Source: Eledone cirrhosa
Lineage: Eukaryota
Direction of reading: 5' to 3'
NCBI GenBank assembly: GCA_964016885.1
Contig: OZ024763.1
Span: 22,134,001-22,198,000 of the forward strand
Length of the DNA stretch: 64,000 nucleotides
The position numbers and the translations under genes were made by a program. Below are positions 55,337-64,000 of the stretch, in pieces; position 1 is the first letter of the stretch; every line of letters begins with the position of its first letter. Below the pieces are notes generated by a model. That model saw only the letters and a list, made by a program, of their open reading frames with translations. It was not told where the DNA came from and did not search any database.

Positions 55337-56345
55337 CATCATCATCATCATCATCGTTTAACGTCCATATTCCACGCTTGCATGTGTTTGGAAGGGAATT
55401 TCCCACTTGAGGCAAGATTGGTTGTCTTGCTCGTATAGGACTGTCTGGCGGGTTTTCTACGGCTGGATGCCCTTCCTAACACCAACCACATTTACAGTGT
55501 GGGCTGGGAGGTTTTTACCGTGTTACCTATACGGCACATTACAGTGTGGACTGTGTGTTTTTTTGTCGTGACACCTACACGACCTCATTTGTTTCGGACT
55601 GGATGTTGTGGTACCTACATAACTTTACATTGAAAGGAGTGGTGTGGATGGGGTGGGGGTAGTGGGACGGGTGTATTTTTGTTAGAGGTGCCTACTGACT
55701 GTAGGTTTCGCTTTGTACTTAAGCAAGGCGGGTCTTCTGTATTACTGTGTAGCGCCAGTAGGAGAGGTATAAGTGTGTGAGGTCGGAATTTATCAAGTCG
55801 TCCCAGGTTTTTCTGGGTCTGCCTACTCCGTGGCTACCGTCTATTTTTATCGCCCTGCACTTTTTTTATACAGCTGTCGTCTTTCATGCGCATCACGTGA
55901 CCATACCAACGTAGTCTTCTCTCGAGTAAACAACATCTGATCCCTCTTATTCCTAATTTCTCCCTTAGTTCGTTTATGCTATGCCGTTCACGTATATTAC
56001 TATTACACATCCAGCGGAGCATGCAAGCTTCGTTCCTCTCCAGTCTGCATATATCCTCTGCACACAATGCCCAGGTCTCACTGCCATGTAACATTGCTGT
56101 TCGTATGCAGGCATCATACAGCCTGCCTTTCATTTTTAGGGAGAACCCTTTAGCAGCTAATAGTGGTATAAGCTCTCTGAACTTTTTCCATCCCGTTCTG
56201 ACTCTAGCTACTGTACTTTCAGAGCACCCTCCCCCACTGCTGATTTTGTCACCCAAGTAACGGAAGGTGTCCACTATTTCTATAGAACCATCTGTGCAAT
56301 GGAATGAGCTAGTATTCTGTGGGCACTTGCTGCTACTTATTGCAA
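55337..56345 (-). mobile_element. RTE second family, 5'-truncated and diverged
   Basis: ORF 55834-56385 plus the same 3' UTR as the 3866 copy. Confidence 0.9.
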
Positions 56346-56477
56346 TTGTGTAAGTATAATTTAATGTAAGGAATAATATGCACATGCCTTTACGCTTTTA
56401 GCTTCTAACAAATTCACCAATCCCTCTTCACCTCGCCTATATCCATCTCTCCCTTTAAGATTGGTTTACTCTTGAAC

Positions 56478-56520
<43 letters not shown>

Positions 56521-57040
56521 CAGGTTGGTTTAGCAGGAATCATGAGTGTAGGTTGATGTTTGGTTTAGAATCTTTGCTAAGTGTTTGTTGGTAAACTGGG
56601 GTAATTACCACCCACCACCCTGCACCCCAACCCGGTTCAGTGCTGGCTTGGTCAATATAGACCAATCCAACCTTTGCTAGCAAGGAAAAGTGGATGTTAA
56701 AACAACGATGATGATATGTATATATACACATACATATATATATATACATGTATGTATGTATACACACACACAAGTGGAGAAATGCTGTGCTGAATAGGAC
56801 CCGTCCAACCCTTGCAAGCAGGGAGAAGCAGAAGTAAAATGATGATGATATATATATATATATACATGTATGTATGTATACATATACATATATGTATCTA
56901 TACATATATACATACATACACAAATATGTATATTTGTATAGTTACATACATACATGCATGTATCTATGGATATATAAATATATACATACATATACATGCA
57001 TGATCTATACACATATATATACACACACATACATATACAT

Positions 57041-57093
<53 letters not shown>

Positions 57094-57104
57094 TACACAC
57101 ACAC

Positions 57105-57163
<59 letters not shown>

Positions 57164-57410
57164 CTTACATACATATATAAATAAATATCTGTATACATGT
57201 TTATATAAGCTAGGTCAAGTGAGATAGGTGGAGACAAGCGGAGCTGTAACTCTCTCCTCTCTAAGCTGTAACTCAATATTTAAATGCCAAAACAGATTAT
57301 AATACGAAACTCTATTCCCGAAAGACTTCTCTGTCACTAATTAGACTGATATAAAGAACTTTCCACCAATTAAAAACTAGACTTCTCTCTCGAAACAAAT
57401 GTTCAGTTAA

Positions 57411-58172
57411 GCCTTTAGCATTCACATTATTTTATATACACTATTATATTTTCATAGTAAAGGCTTTACCTCACATAATTATCTCACATAATATTGAATC
57501 TATGAGATTTTGAAAGTATTTATTTTGAAAACAATACCTTAACATCAGTTTGAGCGACCAGTTACAGCCAGTTTCAACAGAAAGAGGTAGAGAATTCAGG
57601 CCGGTTTTGGCCGATTTGAACACTAAAGGGTTAACATCAGTTTGAGTGACCAGTTACAGCCAGTTTCAACAGAAAGAGGTAGAGAATTCAGGCCGGTTTT
57701 GGCCGATTTGAACACTAAAGGGTTAACATCAGTTTGAGTGACCAGTTACAGCCAGTTTCAACAGAAAGAGGTAGAGAATTCAGGCCGGTTTTAGCCAATT
57801 TGAACACTAAAGGGTTAACATCAGTTTGAGTGACCAGTTACAGCCAGTTTCAACAGAAAGAGGTAGAGAATTCAGGCCAGTTTTGGCCAATTTGAACACT
57901 AAAGGGTTAACATCAGTTTGAGTGACCAGTTACAGCCAGTTTCAACAGAAAGAGGTAGAGAATTCAGGCCAGTTTTGGCCAATTTGAACACTAAAGGGTT
58001 AACATCAGTTTGAGTGACCAGTTACAGCCAGTTTCAACAGAAAGAGGTAGAGAATTCAGGCCGGTTTTAGCCAATTTGAACACTAAAGGGTTAACATCAG
58101 TTTGAGTGACCAGTTACAGCCAGTTTCAACAGAAAGAGGTAGAGAATTCTGGCTAGTTTGAACACTAAAGGG
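57411..58172. mobile_element. piggyBac-like MITE with its right end amplified (92 bp x about 7)
   Basis: Same body as 3116-3335; the unit aacatcag...taaagggtt repeats from 57541. Confidence 0.8.
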
Positions 58173-59212
58173 TTAAGCCTTTTGTTACCAGATTTCTAAC
58201 AAAGGACACTGCCTATGGCTTTTCAAATAAATAGAAATTTGGAAAGATGATGCTGATGAAGACGACGGTGGTGATGAGTGCTGATGGTGATGATGACAAT
58301 GATGATGATGATGATGACAATGAAGATGGGTATGATGATGATGACAATGATGATGATGAAGAAGATGATGGTGGTGATGAGTATTGATGGTGATGATGAT
58401 GACAATGATGATGATTGTGATGATGACAATGATGATGGTGATGATGACAATGATAACGATGATTATGATGATGACAATGATAATGATAATAGTGACAATG
58501 ACAATCATGATCGTGATGACAATGAAAATGATGATGATGACAATGAAAATGATGATGATGACAATGATGATGGTGATGATGACAATGATGATGGTGATGA
58601 TGACAATGATGATGGTGATGACAATGGTGACAATGATGATGGTAATGATGATGATGACAATGACAATCGTGATGGTACTGACAATGATCATGATAATGGT
58701 GATGAGAAATAATCAGAAATTTGGAAATATTTAGGTTTCTGACTTAAGCAGAAGACCAATAAATTTGGAGGAGAAAATCTATTAAATCAACCTCAGTGTG
58801 ACTGAGAGTTGAAGACTTCCCCCTGGACAGGATGCCAGTCTATCACAGAGTTAAACACCCAGCTATTACTGCTGATACTCATTTTTAGCTGAGTATACTG
58901 AAGCAATGTGAACTGCAGTGTTTTGCTCAAGGACACAACACACCGCCCAGTCCAGGAATCAAACCCTCAACATTTTGATCCTAAGTTCAACACCTTAACC
59001 ATTGGAGTGACGTGAAATGAAGTGTTTTGCTCAAGAACACAACACACCGCCCAGTCCAGGACATTATGATCATAAGTCCAACACCCTTGCCACTGGGCCA
59101 CATAACTTCACCAGTAACAGTCTTGTCAAAGAAGAGACATAAAACAGTTTTTAAAAAAAGAATATATATATATATGTATATATATGTATATATATATATA
59201 TGTATATATATG

Positions 59213-59243
<31 letters not shown>

Positions 59244-59260
59244 ATATATATATATATATG

Positions 59261-59299
<39 letters not shown>

Positions 59300-59304
59300 A
59301 TATA

Positions 59305-61792
59305 TATAACTTTGAAATGTTTTGGCCAGTATTGGCCCAGGCCATGTCTAACTTAATAGCACCACCTGGCGAAGTCTTTCAATTCAGGATTTGGGCACCA
59401 TGGCCCATTCGAGAAGAGAATTACTGTTTGCGGAGACATATCCGGGTGTGGGTGGTTTGTCCGGGATTACTTGGAGGAATTTGTCCAAAGACTTCTTGAA
59501 TTTTGTGTGGTCAGTTTCTGTTTTGACGTGTCCTGGTGTGATGTTGAAGAGAGCAGGGCCGATTGAGGTGAAATAATTGTGCCGTATTGTTGTTATGAGT
59601 TGCGATTTAGATTTTTGAATGGGACGGATAGCACGGGGCCCAAGCCTTGGGTGTATCTTGAAGGCGATGCCAACATCATTTGGGCAGTGATGATGGAACA
59701 TTTTCCACATCATGCAGATAATATAACGCTCACGGCGACGTTGGAGTGAGTAAAGTTTCAGGTTTTCTAATCGACCCCTGAAACTTTACTCACTCCAACG
59801 TCGCCGTGAGCGTTATATTATCTGCATGATGTGGAAAATGTTCCATCATCACTGCCCAAATGATGTTGGCATCGCCTTCAAGATACACCCAAGGCTTGGG
59901 CCCCGTGCTATCCGTCCCATTCAAAAATCTAAATCGCAACTCATAACAACAATACGGCACAATTATTTCACCTCAATCGGCCCTGCTCTCTTCAACATCA
60001 CACCAGGACACGTCAAAACAGAAACATCTATCTTTTTCGTGATTGCCCTTTGAGGAGCTTCAAGTTTCATGATACTTTGTTTCGTGTGGGGAGACCACAG
60101 TGGACAACAGTATTCAAGGTGTGGTCGGGCAAAAGTAGAGAAGAGAAGGATAATGGTGCAGGAATCTCTCGACTGGAAGGTTCTGAGGATCCAGGAACAC
60201 ATTCTGCGGGCCATGTCAACTTTGCTGCTTATATGCGTGGTCCAGCTTATGTTGCTGTCCACGGTTACTCCCAAGTCTCTGATGTTGTTAGATGCCACAA
60301 GAGTTTCCCCGGAGGGAAGGGAGTACGGGAGTTTCAGAGCATCCTCTTTTCCAAAGTGGATCAGTTCGAATTTGTCTTCGTTCAGTAACATGTTGTTCTT
60401 TTCTGCTCATTGGGTAACAGCCAGTAGGTCTGACTGAAGGCTTATCCGGTCATCCACACCATTGATGACCTTTTGGAGCTTGGAATCATCAGCGAAAATT
60501 TTAATGTTGCTGTGTTTGATGATGTCAGTGATGTCATTAATATAGATGATGAAGAGAAGTGGGCCCAACACAGTGCCTTGTGGGACCCCACTACTGACTT
60601 TGGCTGGGCTTGATTTGACTCCCTCAACTACAACATGTTGGGTTCTGTTTGACAGGAAGCTCTTGATCCACTGCAGCAGCTTTCCAGTGACACCAATATT
60701 GGACAGCTTTCTCAGTAGAATGTTATGATCAACCCTGTCAAAGGCCTTGCTGAAATCAAGGTAGATAACATCAGTGTTGGAACCCTCTCCCAAGGCTCTC
60801 AAAATGTCATCAAAGTGATGCAGTAGCTGCGTCAGGCAATCCCTTCCATTACGGAATCCATGCTGGTTGGAGTTCAGCATATTGTTACTCTCAAGGAAGT
60901 GGGTCATTCGCGATCTCACCACTCTCTCAAATACCTTAATGATATGAGAGGTGAGTGAGATTGGACGGTAATTCACGGCAAGGGATTTGTTTCCCTTTTT
61001 GAAAACTGGGACAACAGACTGGGATAGAAGGTTTTCTGGCACATATCCAGCATCCAGTGAGTTCCGCCACAGATTGGCAAGAGGAGATGCAAGTTGGTGT
61101 TGACACGCCTTCAAGACACAAGCAGGGAACCTATCGGGACCTACTGCTGAATTATGCTTGATTTCCTTTATTGCCGCCAAGACATCAGGGGCGCCAAACG
61201 TTATGTCCGATAAGGTGTAATGGGGAGTAACATCGCCGATACAGCCCAGATCGGCCATATCAGGATTGCTGAAAACAGAGCAGTATTGTTTCTGCAGTAT
61301 CTCACCCATGGTTTTAGCATTGTCTTGAAGAGTGCCATTTTCATCAATTAGAGGGCCAACAGTAGAGCCAGTGATTTTGTGTTTTTTTGCAAATGAAACG
61401 AACACTTTGGGATTGAGTTTGATCTTCTCAATGGCCCAGGCCTCTTCAGCTCTTCTCTGATTGTTGATGAGGGACATTATGTTGTTTTGGAGGTTATGCT
61501 TTTTAATCTCTAGTGATGAAATGGCAGTCAAGTTGATGTGTTGCTGCTGACAGTATTTCAGCTTGTTGATTTTTTTGTTCGTTCTCTTAATTTTTCTGAT
61601 GAGCGTTTTTCTATTTCTAGGGATTCTGCTCTTAGATTTGTTTATAGTTCTTAATGGGGTGTGTTTAGCACATATGTTTGTAACAGTGTCCACAAATGTC
61701 TGCCAGGACTTTTTGATGTTAGTGGGTGTATGAGTGTGCGTGAAGGACCAGTCGACATGTGCAAGATCATGACTGATCGCTTCCCAGTTTGC
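59305..61792 (-). mobile_element. 5'-truncated CR1-group LINE with a nonsense codon and an internal inverted duplication
   Basis: [65 protein letters not shown]; TGA at 60407-09; flanked by (TA)n. Confidence 0.92.
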
Positions 61793-61866
61793 ATATATAT
61801 ATATGTATGTATATATATATATATGTATGTATATATATATATATATGTGTATGTATATATATATAT

Positions 61867-61900
<34 letters not shown>

Positions 61901-62061
61901 AGGTATATGTATATATATATATATATATATAGGTATATGTATATATATATATATATATATATGTATGGAGATATATATATGTATGTATGTATATATATAT
62001 GTATGTATATATATATATATGTGTGTGTATATATATATGTATATATATATATATGTGTGTG

Positions 62062-62234
<173 letters not shown>

Positions 62235-62427
62235 ATATATATATATATATATAGGTATATATATATAACAGAAGTCCGACAAGCTTTTGATTTCAGAGTT
62301 GGGCTCGATTGATATAGATCGAACCTTGAGCTGATCAATTGCGAAACGCGCATCACACCTCAATAAATGTAATGTATCATCTTGTCCATTTTATTATATA
62401 TATATATATATATATACGCTTATATAT

Positions 62428-63553
62428 ATCATCATCATCATCATCATCAACGTTTAACGTCCGTGTTCCACGCTTGCATGGGTTTGGACGGGGGTAGTCC
62501 CACTTGAGGCAAGAGTGATTGTCTTGCTCGCATAGGACTGTCTGGCAGGTTTTCTACAGTTGGATGCCCTTCCTAACACCAACCACATTTACAGTGTGGG
62601 TCTGGGAGGTTTTTACCGTGTTGCCTACACGGCCACATTACAGCGTGGACTGTGTGTTTTTTTGTCGTGACACCTACACGATCTCATTTGTTTCGGCCTC
62701 GATGGCGCGGCACCAACATAACTTTACATAGAACGGGGTGGTGTGGATCGGGTGGGGGTGGGGGTGGTGGGACGGGGTGTATTTTGTTAGAGATGCCTAC
62801 TGGCTGGAGTAGGTTTTACTATATATTTAGGTAAGGCGGGTCTTCTCTGTTACTGAGTACCGCCAAAGGTCTCGGTCCAGTGACATTGTCTTGGAGAGGT
62901 GTAAGTGTGTGATGTCGGAGTTTATCAGCTCGTCCCAGGTTTTTCTAGGTCTGCCTATTCCGTGACTACCGTCTATCTTTATTGCCCTGCACTTTGTTAT
63001 ACAGCTATCGACTTTCATGCGCATCACGTGTCCATACCAACGTAGCCTTCTCTCGAGTAAACAACATCTGATCCCTCTTATCTCTAATTTTTTCCTTAGT
63101 TCGTTTATGCTTTGCCGTTCACGTATATTACTGTTACACATCCAGCGGAGCATGCAAGCTTCGTTCCTCTCTAGTCTGCGTATATCCTCTGCACACAATG
63201 CCCAGGTCTCACTGCCATGCAGCATTGCTGTTCGTATGCAGGCATCGTACAACCTGCCTTTCATTTTTAGTGAGAACCCTTTAGCAGCTAATAGTGGTAT
63301 AAGCTCTCTGAACTTTTTCCAACCAGTTCTGACTCTAGCTACAGTACTTTCAGAGCACCCTCCCCCACTGCTGATTTTATCGCCCAGGTAACGGAAGCTG
63401 TCCACTATTTCTATAGAACCCTCTGCGCAATTGAAAGAGCTAGTAGTTTGTGGGCACTTGCTGCTACTTATTGCACCAGAGCACCGGCCACATGTAAAAT
63501 CTATGTTCTTAGTTAGCTTACCTGTGATCCCACTACATCTTTTATGCACCCAT
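62428..63553 (-). mobile_element. RTE second family, 5'-truncated
   Basis: [13 protein letters not shown]...EKTRLT plus 3' UTR; bounded by (TA)n. Confidence 0.92.
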
Positions 63554-63577
63554 ACTATATATATATATATATATATA

Positions 63578-63657
<80 letters not shown>

Positions 63658-63719
63658 CGTATATATATATATGCGTATATATATATATGCGTATATATAT
63701 ATATATATATACAGACATA

Positions 63720-63777
<58 letters not shown>

Positions 63778-63877
63778 CATACATATATATATATATATAT
63801 ACATACATATATATATATATATACAGACATATATATATATATATATACAGACATATATATATATATATATACAGACA

Positions 63878-63943
<66 letters not shown>

Positions 63944-64000
63944 CATACATATATATATATATATATATACAGACATATATATATATATATATATACATAT

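Overview
Eukaryotic, AT- and microsatellite-rich genomic DNA. The SINE/RTE repertoire and (TA)n/(CAT)n content suggest an octopus or other coleoid cephalopod (inference). Two convergent intron-rich genes are present. On + are the last five coding exons of a FAM187A-like Ig-domain membrane protein (stop at 12061). On - are nine exons of an EPS15/EPS15L1-like protein with three EH domains (47076 to 19383); neither its start exon nor its coiled-coil/DPF/UIM exons were found. The introns hold RTE LINEs (one nearly full-length with a single stop), a CR1-like LINE with a 249-bp fold-back, tRNA-derived SINEs, mariner/hAT/piggyBac/MULE/Helitron-like relics and TE-derived minisatellites. The most notable signal is a dense set of small non-coding elements, mostly in or beside (TA)n. 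Many are fold-back palindromes with a short unpaired tail, and several carry type I hammerhead ribozymes. I read near-complete motifs at 17933, 42052, 42213(-), 42302, 49827 and 54496(-), plus degenerate or half copies. One sits at the 3' end of a Penelope RT remnant, which points to non-autonomous Penelope-like (PLE) ribozyme elements. All structures were read by eye; no searches or folding were run.
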